A DNA stretch of 64,000 bases, taken from the NCBI GenBank assembly GCA_963794775.1, contig CAWCGA010000008.1, positions 72,446 through 136,445 of the forward strand, written 5' to 3'. The notes below the pieces were generated by a model. It was not told where the DNA came from. It searched no databases and saw only the letters and a list, made by a program, of their open reading frames with translations. Positions 43,012 through 54,039 of the stretch are shown here, in pieces. The position numbers were made by a program, and so were the translations under genes. The stretch comes from an uncultured Alphaproteobacteria bacterium. Its GTDB lineage: Bacteria > Pseudomonadota > Alphaproteobacteria > Rhizobiales > Xanthobacteraceae. Every line of letters begins with the position of its first letter. Within the stretch, counting starts at the first letter, position 1.

Positions 43012-43657
43012 GGCATCTTGGTGCGTATTTTGTGAATAAGGATGACTGTTGCCGGCCCGCGACGCTTCCCTTGCACCGCAGTGCCCAATCCACGTATGTA
43101 CGGGGTGCTGACGGCTATTACTCCCGGTTGTGTCGCGTTCAGCCTCCCGGTGCAGCGCCGGAACCGCCTTTTTTGGACGATTCCAGCGTTTTTCCGGCCC
43201 TCCCAGAGCCAGCGCGAGCCGCGCGGCCGCAAGGAGGGACGGTTCCTGGCCCAGGTGGCGTCCGATCCCAGGCACTCACGCCTCAAGGGACGGTTTTGAG
43301 CGGCGGTACGACCTTAACCGGACCCGGAGGGGTCCACCTCTGATTTCAGGCGGGCGCTTCGGCGCCGCGCAGACAGCCATCAGCAACCGACAGGCGGCCC
43401 AACGCCGCCAGACATGTTCCAGACGGGCCGACGCTTGATGCGCCAGACTGTATTGCCAAGCCAATTCTGCGGACCATCCGCGCCGATGCGGAGCGACAGC
43501 TCCGCGCGGCGTCGTCCGCGGCAATTGCGCATGGCGCGGCGCCTTGGGTTGCGCTTCGGCCTTCCCCTCACCCCCGAATCAGGTGGACCGTCGCGTCACC
43601 CCTCGGCGCAGTCAGCGCCCACGGCCAAACGCGCCCGCCGCCTCCAAGAGTTCCAAA

Positions 43658-46600
43658 ATGCCGAACAAAATGTTGATCGATGCCACCCACCCGGAGGAGA
43701 CCCGGGTTGTCGTGGTCCGTGGCAATCGCGTCGAAGAGTTTGATTTCGAGACCGCCCAGCGCAAGCAGCTGCGCGGCAATATCTATCTCGCCAAGGTCAC
43801 GCGCGTCGAACCGTCGCTGCAAGCCGCCTTTGTCGAATATGGCGGCAATCGCCACGGCTTCCTCGCCTTCAGCGAAATCCATCCCGACTATTATCAAATC
43901 CCGATCGCCGATCGTCAGGCGCTGATCGAGGCCGACGAGCGCGCCCATCGCGAGGCGGAGGAAGAGGACGAGCACCGTCATCATGGCCGCCGTCGCTCGC
44001 GCCATCGCAATTCGCGCCGCCGGGATCGTGGCGAGCGCGTGCAGAGCGCCGTCGTCGAGCACGCCGATGCCGAGGCGGCAGCACCGACCGGCCACGATCA
44101 GCCTCACGAGGGCGAGGCTCACGCCGCGGCCGCGCATCATGATCATGACGGTCATGAGCACGGCCAGGAACATAGTCAGAACACGACCATGCGCACGGCC
44201 ACGAGGCGCACGACGCCGAACACGGGCATCATCGATCACGACCGACGACGATGCCGGTCATGCCCACGATGCCGCGCCCGAAGCTCCGGCCGATGATCAT
44301 CATGCCGAGACGCCGGTCGCCGCCGCGGTCGAGTCCTCCATTGCGACCGCGCTGAACGAGCCGCTCGCACCCGAGTTCAACGAGACCGACGGCCACGACG
44401 AGCGCGCCGAGGAAGAGCGGGCGCGGGAAAACGTCGCCCATGCCGACGATGCTGACGAGCACACCGGCGCCGAGCACGCCGAGCACGCGCTGGCTCCGGA
44501 AGGCGAACATATCCCCGCACCGGCTGGCGATGCCGTGCACGACGAAGACGAGGACGGCGAGGAAGCCGAGGAGGAACTCGTCGAGTCCGTCGGTGGCGAC
44601 GACGTGATGGAGGAAGTGCCGGAACGGACGTTCCGCCCGCGCCGCCAGTACAAGATCCAGGAAGTCATCAAGCGCCGCCAGGTGATGCTGGTGCAGGTCG
44701 TCAAGGAAGAGCGCGGCAACAAGGGCGCGGCGCTGACCACCTATCTGTCGCTCGCCGGACGTTATGCGGTGCTGATGCCCAACACCGCGCGCGGCGGCGG
44801 CATCAGCCGCAAGATCACTTCGGCGCAGGACCGCTCGCGGCTGAAGGAAGTGGTGCAGGATCTCGACGTGCCCGAGGGCATGGGCATCATCCTGCGCACT
44901 GCCGGCGCCGCCCGCACCAAGCCCGAGATCAAGCGCGACTTCGAATATCTGATCCGGATGTGGGAGACCGTGCGCGATCTGACCCTGAAGTCGCAGGCGC
45001 CGACCCTGGTCTACGAGGAAGGCTCGCTGATCAAGCGCTCGCTGCGCGACCTCTACAACAAGGAGATCGACGAGATCCAGGTGGCGGGCGAAGCCGGCTA
45101 TGGCGAGGCGCGCGACTTCATGAAGATGCTGATGCCGGCGAGCGTGCGCGCGGTCAAACTCTATCGCGACGGCCAGCCGCTGTTCTCGCGCATGGGCGTC
45201 GAGAGCCAGCTGGACGCCATGTTCTCGCCGACCGTGCAGCTGCGCTCCGGTGGCTATATCGTCATCAACCAGACCGAGGCGCTGGTCTCGATCGACGTCA
45301 ACTCGGGCCGCGCCACCCGCGAACACCATATCGAGGATACTGCGCTCAAGACCAATCTTGGAAGCCTCCGAAGAAGTCGCGCGCCAGCTTCGCCTGCGCG
45401 ACCTCGCGGGCCTGATCGTCATCGACTTCATCGACATGGACGAGAAGCGCAACAACCGCGCAGTCGAACGCAAGCTGTCCGATTGCCTCAGGCAGGATCG
45501 CGCGCGCATCCAGGTCGGCCGCATCTCGCATTTCGGCCTGCTGGAAATGTCGCGCCAGCGCATCCGCGCCAGCGTGCTGGAATCTTCGACCGAGCCGTGC
45601 CCGCAATGCGGCGGCACCGGCCACGTCCGTTCGGTCTCGTCGGTCGCGCTGCAGCTGTTGCGCGGCATCGAGGAAATCCTGATGAAGGGTGCGACCCACA
45701 ATCTGGTGGTACGCACCCGTAACGACGTCGCGCTCTACGTGCTGAACCACAAGCGTGGCCATCTGCGCGATCTCGAAAACGCCTTCAAGGTCTCGCTGTC
45801 GGTCGTCTCCGATCCCAACGTCAGCGGCGTGCAATCCTACATCATCGACCGCGGCGAGCAGGTGCACACGCTGGAGGCGGCGAAGGCACTGATCGCGGCG
45901 CAGGCCGCGGCGCAACCGATGCACAGCGATGAAGCCGTCGATGAGGACGATGGATTCGATCCGGAGCTCGAATCCGAAGTCGAGACCGAGGAAACCGAAG
46001 GCCTCACCGAAGAAGCAAGCGAGGCCGGCGACGGCGAGGCCGAACAGGACGGCGGTCACCGCCGCGGAAAGCGCCGCAGGCGGCGCCGCGGACGCGGCGG
46101 CGAAGCCCGCGAAGCGGGCCAACCGCGAGAGGATGGTGAAGCCGCTGTTGCCGAACCAGGCAGCGAGCCGCAAGGCGAGGAAGGCGAAGCCGAGGACGAG
46201 TCCGAGGAGCAGCCGAGCTTTGCTCGTGGCGACAACAATCAGGACGGTGGCGAGCGGCGTCCGCGCCGCAGGGGCCGCCGAGGTGGCCGCCGCCGTCGCG
46301 GTGGTAACGGAGATCGCGAGGACGGACTGTCCGGATCGATCAGCGACGAACTCGCGCCGCCGCAGCCATCGGAGGCTGAAATCGCGGTTGCCGATTTCGA
46401 TGGCGGCGCGCCGGAGCCTGCACCATCGATCGCGCAGCCCGAACCCGTCGCTGCAAGCCAGCCGTCGCTGCAGCCTGAGGATCATGCTGCCGCAGGCGGC
46501 AGCGCCTGCATCCGACGAGCTGGCCCATGAGAGCGAAAAGGCCGCGCGCGCCGTTCGACTGTGCGCGAGAAGGTGAGCTTTGCGAGCAGCGCGCCGCAGG

Positions 46601-46737
46601 ACACGCCGACGGCGGTCACGCACAGCGCGCCCGAGCCCGCCGCTGGCGCGGCCGCCGAACCTGCGGCTGAATCGAACGGCGAGGGTCAGCCCCGCAAGGC
46701 GGGCTGGTGGTCGCGCCGCTTCGGCGGCGGCGAGTAA
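43658..46737 (+). CDS. rne: Ribonuclease E (Rne/Rng family), several frameshifts
   Basis: MLIDATHPEETRV, GNIYLAKVTRVEPSLQAAFV, IDVNSG, LRLRDLAGLIVIDFIDM, CPQCGGTG; C-terminal RKAGWWSRRF, TAA ending 46737. Confidence 0.95.
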
Positions 46738-46760
46738 GTCACACCAAGTTCGAAAAACGA

Positions 46761-46796
46761 AAGAACCGCCCGGCGCAAAACCGGGCGGTTTTTCTT
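46761..46796. terminator. Bidirectional terminator
   Basis: AACCGCCCGG-cgcaaaa-CCGGGCGGTT followed by T-tract, between convergent genes. Confidence 0.85.
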
Positions 46797-47984
46797 ATTT
46801 CAGCCAGCGCGCGATCCGCGCCACCGCCTCGCGCATGTCGTCGGCCGAGCGCGCGTAGGAAAAGCGGATGAAATTCCGGCCGTGAATGGGATCGAAGTCG
46901 ACGCCGGATGTCGCTGCGACATGCGTCTCCTCCAGCATCCGCTTGGCGAAGGCGAGACTGTCGGAGGTGAAGTCGGAGACATCGGCGTAAAGATAGAACG
47001 CACCGTCGGCGGGCAGGAATTTCGTCGAGACCGGCCGCAGGCAATCCCTCGATCAGGATGCGGCGGTTCTCGAGATAGCCGCGCTTGATCGCTTCCATCT
47101 CCTCGCGACCGTCGAAGGCCGCCTCGGCTGCGATCTGCGACAGCGTCGGCACCGAGATCGCGAGATTCTGCTGCAGCCGCTCGACGGGGCGAACCAGCGG
47201 CTCCGGCACCACCATCCAGCCGACCCGCCAGCCGGTCATGCAGAAATATTTCGAGAAGGAATTGATCACGAGCGCATGCGGCGACAACTCGGCCGCGGTC
47301 ACCGCCGGAAAGGCATAGTCGAGCCCGTGATAGATCTCGTCGGAGATGAAGCGAATGCCGGCGTCCGTTCGCCGCTGCGATCAGCGATGTCAGCGCCTCG
47401 CGCGACATCATGGTTCCCGTCGGATTGGCGGGACTGCCGACCAGCACGCCCTGCAACGGTTTCTTGCGATGCGCGTCCAGCAGCGCTTCGCCGGTCAGCG
47501 CATGACGCGTCTCGCCGCGTGGTTTCGATCAATACCGGTTCGCAGCCGAGCGCGGTCAGGATGTGCCGATAGGGCGGATAGCCAGGCACGGTGACGGCGA
47601 CACGATCGCCCGGCTCGAACATCGACAGAAACGCCAGGATGAATGCACCGGACGAGCCCGTCGTGACCACGATCCGGTTCGCGTCGACCTCGCAGCCGTA
47701 AGCGTCGCGATAATGCCGCGCGATGCGCGCGCGCAACGACGGAATTCCGAGCGCTGAAGTGTAATCGATCCGCCCGCCTTCAGTGCGGCGCGGGCCGCGG
47801 CCAGCGCCGTCTTCGGCGCGGGTTCGTGAGGCTGGCCGACCTCCATGTGAATGACATGGCCGCCGGCCGCCTCGATCCGCTCGGCCGCCGACATCACGTC
47901 CATCACCATGAAAGGCGGAACATTGCTCCGGCTCGAGGCCGAAAGCAGGTCCGCCACGCGCTGTCTCAAGATCGCTTCTTGCAT
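46795..47984 (-). CDS. Class I/II PLP-dependent aminotransferase, several frameshifts
   Basis: PFMVMDV, HMEVGQP, TTGSSGAF, PGYP.Y, SPANPTG, SDEIYHG, NSFSKYFCMTGWRVGW. Confidence 0.9.
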
Positions 47985-48118
47985 GTTGTTGAATTTGTTA
48001 TTTGACCCGGCGGCCCGTCCATGGGAACCCGAGATCGAGCGCCCCAGACTAGCCGCATTCCACCGCTTGGTAGGGCATATCCCGTATCCGGCCAAAGGCC
48101 AATCGCCAAAGACCGTTC

Positions 48119-49528
48119 ATGCTGCTCGACCTCGCCCTGTGCAAGAGATTCTCCGGCCTGACCGCGGCAGCGGTCGCGGCAGCGCTGGCGCTGGCCCCGA
48201 TCCCCCCGCTGCGCGCCCAGGAGAACAAGGGCCCGCCGATCCTGCGCGACACCGAGGCGGAAGCGCTGCTGCGCGAATACACCCGCCCCATTCTGCGCGC
48301 CGCCGGTCTGGAGAAGCAGAACATCCAGATGGTGATCATCAACGATCCCAACTTCAACGCCTTCGTTGCCGACGGCCGCCGCATCTTCGTGAACTATGGC
48401 GCGATCATGCAATCGGAAACGCCGAACCAGCTGATTGGCGTGCTGGCGCACGAGACTGGCCATCTGGCCGGCGGCCACCTCGCCAAGCTGCGCGAGCAGC
48501 TGTCGCGGGCACAGACCCAGATGATCATCGCGATGCTGCTTGGCGCCGGTGCCCTCATCGCGGGCGCCTCGAAAGGAACCTCCGGCGTCGGCCTGTCGGA
48601 CGCAGGTGCCGCGGCCATCGCAGGCCCCGGCGAAATGATTCGTCGCAGCTTGCTGTCCTACCAGCGCCAGCAGGAAGAAAACGCCGACCGCGCTGGCGTG
48701 AAGTTCCTGACTGCGACCGGCCAATCCCCAAAGGGCATGTACGACACGTTCCGCCGCTTCACCAATGAAAGCCTGTTCGCCGCGCGCGGCGCCGATCCCT
48801 ATCTGCAGTCGCATCCGATGCCCGCCGAGCGCGTCGCTGCACTGGAGCAGATCGGCCGCGCCAGTCCCTATTGGGACAAGAAGGACGACCCTGCGCTGCA
48901 GCTTCGCCACGACATGATGCGCGCCAAGATCTCCGGCTTCATGGAGCGTCAGGACACCGTCTACCGCCGCTATCCGCTGTCCAACACCAGCCTGCCGGCG
49001 CGCTATGCGCGCGCGATCACGACCTATCTGCATGGCGATCTCAACAGCGCGACGGCCCAGATCGACGGGCTGATCCAGGCGCAGCCGAACAATCCGTATT
49101 TCTACGAGTTGAAAGGCCAGGCGTTGATGGAAGGCGGCAAGCCCAACGAGGCGATCGCGCCGCTGCACAAGGCGATCGCGCTCTCCAACAACTCACCCCT
49201 CATCGAGATGTTACTTGGGCAGGCACTGGTCGCCACCGATAATAAGGCGCACACCGACGAGGCTATCGCACTGCTTCGCGCCGCGGTGGTGCGGGAAACC
49301 GAGGCGCCGCTCGGCTACAGCCAGCTGGCGATGGCCTACGGCAAGAAGGGAGACTATGCGGAGGCCGATCTGGCATCCGCCCAGGCCGCCTATCTTCGCG
49401 GTGACAACAAGACGGCGCGTCAACTCGCCGCGCGCGCCAAGACCCGCTTTGCCGTGGGTACGCCCGGTTGGGTCAGGGCGGACGATATCGTCACCGCGAA
49501 ACCCCTGCCCGGCTCGAAAAACAACTAA
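48119..49528 (+). CDS. M48 metalloprotease with TPRs (BepA/YfgC-like)
   Basis: FNAFV, GVLAHETGH (HExxH), E..AD..G, YLQSHP..ER. Confidence 0.93.
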   Translation: MLLDLALCKRFSGLTAAAVAAALALAPIPPLRAQENKGPPILRDTEAEALLREYTRPILRAAGLEKQNIQMVIINDPNFNAFVADGRRIFVNYGAIMQSETPNQLIGVLAHETGHLAGGHLAKLREQLSRAQTQMIIAMLLGAGALIAGASKGTSGVGLSDAGAAAIAGPGEMIRRSLLSYQRQQEENADRAGVKFLTATGQSPKGMYDTFRRFTNESLFAARGADPYLQSHPMPAERVAALEQIGRASPYWDKKDDPALQLRHDMMRAKISGFMERQDTVYRRYPLSNTSLPARYARAITTYLHGDLNSATAQIDGLIQAQPNNPYFYELKGQALMEGGKPNEAIAPLHKAIALSNNSPLIEMLLGQALVATDNKAHTDEAIALLRAAVVRETEAPLGYSQLAMAYGKKGDYAEADLASAQAAYLRGDNKTARQLAARAKTRFAVGTPGWVRADDIVTAKPLPGSKNN

Positions 49529-49625
49529 GGCAGCAACCAAAGCTTAAGCCGATACGTAGAAATAATCAGTGCAACGCGGGGTATATTGGTTTCGACGACC
49601 GCCCCACTCAACCAAGGATTTCCCA

Positions 49626-50387
49626 ATGCCTCGCCTGCTCGCCCCCGCCCTGCTTGCGCTCGCGCTGCTCGGTGCACCGGTATCCGCCTCCGCGCAGAGT
49701 TTCACCGACACGCAGCGCGGCGACATCGAGGCGATCATCAAGAGCTATCTCGTCGCCCATCCCGAGGTGCTGGAAGAGGCGATGAACGAGCTGCAGAAGC
49801 GGCAGACCGTCGCCGAGACCGCCAAGCACGAGGCGAGCATCGCGCAGAACGCGGAAGTGATCTTCAACTCGCCGCGCGGCGTGACGCTCGGCAACAAGGA
49901 CGGCGACGTCGCCTTCGTCGAGTTCTTCGACTACAATTGCGGCTACTGTAAGCGCGCCATGGCCGACATGCTCGATCTCATGAAGAACGACCCCAAGCTG
50001 AAGGTCGTGCTGAAGGAGTTCCCTGTGCTGAGCGAGGGATCGGTCGATGCCGCCAAGGTCGCAGTTGCCGTGCGCATGCAGGACCCGACCGGCAAGAAAT
50101 ATCTCGACTTCCACCAGAAGCTGCTCGGCGGCCGCGGCGTCGCCGACAAGGCGCGTGCGATGGCTGCGGCCAAGGACGCCGGCCTCGACATGGCACGGAT
50201 CGAGAAGGATCTGACGAGCACCGAGGTCAAGGCCACCATCGAGGAGAACATGAAGCTCGCCGAGGATATGGGCCTGAACGGTACGCCGAGCTACGTGATC
50301 GGCAAGCAGATCGTGGTCGGCGCGGTCGGCCTCGATCAACTCAAGGAAAAGATCGGCATCGCCCGCTGCGGCAAAGCGTCCTGCTGA
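49626..50387 (+). CDS. DsbA-family (Com1-like) thiol-disulfide oxidoreductase
   Basis: Signal peptide; EFFDYNCGYCK; KEFPVL; GTPSY. Confidence 0.93.
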   Translation: MPRLLAPALLALALLGAPVSASAQSFTDTQRGDIEAIIKSYLVAHPEVLEEAMNELQKRQTVAETAKHEASIAQNAEVIFNSPRGVTLGNKDGDVAFVEFFDYNCGYCKRAMADMLDLMKNDPKLKVVLKEFPVLSEGSVDAAKVAVAVRMQDPTGKKYLDFHQKLLGGRGVADKARAMAAAKDAGLDMARIEKDLTSTEVKATIEENMKLAEDMGLNGTPSYVIGKQIVVGAVGLDQLKEKIGIARCGKASC

Positions 50388-50412
50388 AGCATCAGCGGCT
50401 CAAAGAAGCAGC

Positions 50413-50440
50413 AAAGGCCGGCTTTTAAGCCGGCCTTTTT
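50413..50440 (+). terminator. Rho-independent terminator
   Basis: AAAGGCCGGCTT-tt-AAGCCGGCCTTTTT. Confidence 0.85.
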
Positions 50441-50501
50441 GTGTGGCGCATCCATTCATCGCGCGTTCAACAAACAAACCCTGTGGAACCCGGTTTTACC
50501 G

Positions 50502-50526
50502 GGAACATCGGATGCCTCCTGCCGTT
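50502..50526 (+). promoter_or_regulatory. EcfG (general-stress sigma)-type promoter
   Basis: GGAAC-N16-CGTT about 40 bp upstream of the DUF1236 ATG. Confidence 0.7.
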
Positions 50527-50564
50527 GTTCGCGCGGGCAATGCCAACACTGTGAGGAGAGACTG

Positions 50565-51302
50565 ATGAGCAAACGTTTTCTGATTTCGGTTGCCGCGATC
50601 GCGCTGATGGCAGGCGCCGGCGCCGTGAATGCGCAGGGTACGAAGAGTGAGGGCGGCGCTGGTGGCGCCGGGATGCAGCAGACCGGGCCGTCGGGCGCTG
50701 GCGGAGCCGGTGCGGCCCCGACCCAGAAGAGCGAGGGCATGGAACACGGCAAGGCTGGCGACATGAAGTCGGGCCAGACCGAGAAGTCGCCCGGCGCCAT
50801 GAAGAACCAGCGCGCTGAAGAGCCCAAGAGCGGCGGCAAGGACATGAAGGCCGAGGGCCAGGATAAGAATATGAAGGCTGAGGGTCGCGAAGGCCGCGAC
50901 AACAACATGAAGGCCGAGGGTCGCGAAGGCCGCGACAACAATATGAAAGCCGAGGGCCGCGACAACAACATGGGCCGCGAGGGCAACAAGGCGGCTGAGA
51001 CCAACAAGTCGACGACCGAGAAGACCACCACGGGTCAGGCCGGCGCCCACGCCAACCTCTCGACGGAGCAGCGCACCAAGATCACCAGCGTGATCCGCAA
51101 CCAGCACGTCGAGTCGGTGAAGAACGTGAACTTCTCGATCAGCGTCGGCACGCGCGTGCCGCGTGAGGGTGTGCGCTTCTATCCGCTCCCGACGGAAGTC
51201 GTGACCGTCTATCCGGAGTGGCGCGGCTACGAGTTCATCATGGTCAATGACCAGATCATCGTCATCGAGCCGAGCACCTATGAGATCGTTGCGGTCATCT
51301 AA
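50565..51302 (+). CDS. Exported DUF1236-domain protein with a hydrophilic repeat region
   Basis: GAGGAG RBS; signal peptide; LSTEQRTKI..FSISVGTRVP..PLP..PEWRGY..IVIEP. Confidence 0.85.
   Translation: MSKRFLISVAAIALMAGAGAVNAQGTKSEGGAGGAGMQQTGPSGAGGAGAAPTQKSEGMEHGKAGDMKSGQTEKSPGAMKNQRAEEPKSGGKDMKAEGQDKNMKAEGREGRDNNMKAEGREGRDNNMKAEGRDNNMGREGNKAAETNKSTTEKTTTGQAGAHANLSTEQRTKITSVIRNQHVESVKNVNFSISVGTRVPREGVRFYPLPTEVVTVYPEWRGYEFIMVNDQIIVIEPSTYEIVAVI
50844..50969 (+). repeat. In-frame 27/36-nt tandem repeats (MKAEG[REG]RDNN) x4
   Basis: Units start at 50844, 50871, 50907 and 50943. Confidence 0.85.
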
Positions 51303-51322
51303 GGTCGGCAACGGCTGATATC

Positions 51323-51355
51323 CGGGCGGGCGCACCTTGCGCCCGCCCTTTTTTT
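51323..51355 (+). terminator. Rho-independent terminator
   Basis: GGGCGGGCGCA-cct-TGCGCCCGCCC followed by a T-tract. Confidence 0.9.
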
Positions 51356-51555
51356 GCGGCCGGCAAACGCCCGCTGACGGGATGCCGCGCCCTGCGAACC
51401 TCCGACTGTGGTTAATGCAGGGGATTCCGTTGCTTCCGAGCGCTTTTTCGCAGGCCGGGTGAGGTCTGTCAGACCCCGTAAAATGGCCCGTAAGGCTTCC
51501 GTTTCCAGCCTTTGTTACCTATAAGCGGCCCACACCCCTCATTGCCGGGACCGGG

Positions 51556-52047
51556 ATGGCAAAAACCCCTGAAAAATCCCAAGACAAGTCGCGAGACAAG
51601 ACCATCTACGTGCTCAACGGACCCAACCTCAACATGCTGGGAACGCGCGAGCCGCAGACCTATGGCCATGCGAGGCTCGCCGACGTCGAAGAGCTCTGCC
51701 ACGAGACCGCTACGCAGTTCGGGCTGGAGGTCGATTGCCGGCAGTCCAACCATGAGGGCGAGCTGATCGACTCCATTCAGGAGGCCCATGCGCGCAATGC
51801 CGCGGGGATCATCATCAATGCCGGCGCCTATTCGCACACCTCGATCGCGCTGCACGACGCCCTGAAAGCGGTGAAAGTCCCCGCCATTGAGGTGCATATC
51901 AGCAATATCCACGCGCGCGAGAGCTTCCGTCACCACTCCTTCACCGCCATGGCCGCCGTCGCGATGCTTGCGGGTTTCGGCATTGACGGCTATCGGCTGG
52001 CGATCACGGGTCTTGCCGCCAGGATCGGCGCCAAGATCAAAGCCTGA
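51556..52047 (+). CDS. aroQ: Type II 3-dehydroquinate dehydratase
   Basis: [37 protein letters not shown]. Confidence 0.97.
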   Translation: MAKTPEKSQDKSRDKTIYVLNGPNLNMLGTREPQTYGHARLADVEELCHETATQFGLEVDCRQSNHEGELIDSIQEAHARNAAGIIINAGAYSHTSIALHDALKAVKVPAIEVHISNIHARESFRHHSFTAMAAVAMLAGFGIDGYRLAITGLAARIGAKIKA

Positions 52048-52080
52048 CATTTCCCTCACGCCTGTACGAGTTCTGACATC

Positions 52081-52560
52081 ATGGCGCGCCAGCCGGACAA
52101 CAAGAGCAAATCTTCCAGCGACGACAGCGCGCTCATCCGCGAACTCGCGCTGTTGCTCGATGAGACCAGCCTCACCGAGATCGAGATCGAGCGCGCCGGG
52201 CTTCGCGTGCGCGTCGCCCGCAACATCTCGATATCAGCCGCGATGCCGGCGAGCATGGCGTCGGTTGCGCACGCGCCTGTCGCGGCGGCGGCTGCGGCGG
52301 CCCCTGAGGCCGACGTCGCCAACCATCCGGGCGTGGTGCCCTCGCCGATGGTCGGCACCGCCTATTTTTCGCCCGAGCCCGGCGCCAAGCCCTTCATCGA
52401 AGTCGGCACCCGCGTCACGGCCGGACAGACGCTGCTGATCATCGAGGCGATGAAGACCATGAACCAGATTCCCTCGCCGCGCGACGGCACCGTGACGCAG
52501 ATCCTCATCGAAGACGGTCAGCCGGTCGAGTTCGGCGAACCGCTCGTGATCATCGAGTAG
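52081..52560 (+). CDS. accB: Acetyl-CoA carboxylase biotin carboxyl carrier protein
   Basis: SPMVGT.Y, EAMKTMN biotinylation motif. Confidence 0.97.
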   Translation: MARQPDNKSKSSSDDSALIRELALLLDETSLTEIEIERAGLRVRVARNISISAAMPASMASVAHAPVAAAAAAAPEADVANHPGVVPSPMVGTAYFSPEPGAKPFIEVGTRVTAGQTLLIIEAMKTMNQIPSPRDGTVTQILIEDGQPVEFGEPLVIIE

Positions 52561-53919
52561 ATGTTCGACAAGATCCTCATAGCCAACCGCGGCGAGATTG
52601 CGCTTCGCGTGCTGCGGGCCTGCAAGGAGCTCGGCATCGCGACGGTCGCCGTGCACTCGACCGCGGATGCCGACGCCATGCATGTGCGGCTTGCCGACGA
52701 AAGCGTCTGCATCGGCCCGCCGCCCTCGAAGGACAGCTATCTCAACATCCCCGCGCTGCTTGCGGCCTGCGAGATCACCGGCGCGGAAGCCGTCCATCCC
52801 GGTTACGGTTTTCTCTCGGAGAACGCGCGCTTCGCCGAAATCCTCGGCGAACACAATCTGCAATTCATCGGTCCAAAGGCCGAGCATATCCGCCTGATGG
52901 GCGACAAAATCGAGGCCAAGAAGACCGCGACGAAACTCGGCATTCCCGTGGTGCCCGGCTCCGATGGCGCGGTCACCTCGCCCGAAGACGCGATGGCGAT
53001 CGCAAGCGAGATCGGCTTCCCCGTGCTGGTCAAGGCCGCGGCCGGCGGCGGCGGGCGCGGCATGAAGGTCGCACACACCGCGGACGATCTGGCGCTCGCG
53101 CTCTCCACCGCCGCCAACGAAGCCAGGTCTGCCTTCGGCGACGCCTCGGTCTATCTGGAAAAATACCTGCAAAAGCCCCGCCACATCGAAATCCAGGTGC
53201 TCGGCGACGGCCGCGGCGGCGCCATCCATCTCGGCGAGCGCGACTGCTCGCTGCAGCGGCGCCACCAGAAGGTCTGGGAGGAAGGCCCCTCCCCGGCGCT
53301 CGATGCCGCCGCGCGGTCGAAGATCGGTCTCACCGTCGCGAAAGCGATGCAGGAGATGAAATATCTCGGCGTCGGCACCGTCGAGTTCCTCTACGAGGAC
53401 GGCGAGTTCTATTTCATCGAGATGAACACCCGCATCCAGGTCGAGCATCCCGTCACCGAAATGATCACCGACATCGATCTCGTGCTGGAGCAAATTCGCA
53501 TCGCCGCGGGCGGCGAGTTGCCCTGCACGCAAGCGGACGTGGCGATCATCGGCCATTCCATCGAGTGCCGGGTCAATGCCGAGAACCCCACGACCTTCCG
53601 CCCCTCGCCCGGAAAGATCAAACAATACCATCCGCCCGGCGGCCTCGGCGTACGCATCGATTCCGCGGTGTATCAGGGTTACACGATCCCGCCTTATTAC
53701 GACTCGCTGGTCGGCAAGCTGATCGTGCACGGCAAGACCCGCAGCGAATGCCTGATGCGGTTGCGCCGGGCGCTGGACGAGATGGTCGTCGACGGCATCG
53801 AGACCACGCTGCCGCTATTCCGCGCACTGGTGCGCGAGCCCGCCATCATCGATGGCGACTATCACATCCACTGGCTCGAGCAGTATCTGGCCGGCCAGGT
53901 AGAACCGCCCGCAAAATAA
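52561..53919 (+). CDS. accC: Biotin carboxylase
   Basis: KILIANRGEIA, HPGYGFLSEN, GGGGRGM, EMNTRIQVEHPVTE. Confidence 0.98.
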   Translation: MFDKILIANRGEIALRVLRACKELGIATVAVHSTADADAMHVRLADESVCIGPPPSKDSYLNIPALLAACEITGAEAVHPGYGFLSENARFAEILGEHNLQFIGPKAEHIRLMGDKIEAKKTATKLGIPVVPGSDGAVTSPEDAMAIASEIGFPVLVKAAAGGGGRGMKVAHTADDLALALSTAANEARSAFGDASVYLEKYLQKPRHIEIQVLGDGRGGAIHLGERDCSLQRRHQKVWEEGPSPALDAAARSKIGLTVAKAMQEMKYLGVGTVEFLYEDGEFYFIEMNTRIQVEHPVTEMITDIDLVLEQIRIAAGGELPCTQADVAIIGHSIECRVNAENPTTFRPSPGKIKQYHPPGGLGVRIDSAVYQGYTIPPYYDSLVGKLIVHGKTRSECLMRLRRALDEMVVDGIETTLPLFRALVREPAIIDGDYHIHWLEQYLAGQVEPPAK

Positions 53920-53931
53920 GTTCCACATCTC

Positions 53932-53956
53932 GGAACCAAATGCCCCGACGCGCGTT
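53932..53956 (+). promoter_or_regulatory. EcfG-type promoter
   Basis: GGAAC-N16-CGTT between the accC stop and the kinase operon. Confidence 0.65.
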
Positions 53957-54039
53957 TTGACCGCGTTGAGAGCATTTCGGGGGTTTGTCGAATTTCTGCA
54001 CGAACTGAGGTTACGCCTGCGATCGTTTACAGGCGCACG

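Noticed and set aside
34551-47984. Cluster of pseudogenes or multiple programmed frameshifts
   Set aside because: Essential genes are affected, motifs are intact, and apart from prfB no slippery-site signals are evident; sequencing indels are more parsimonious
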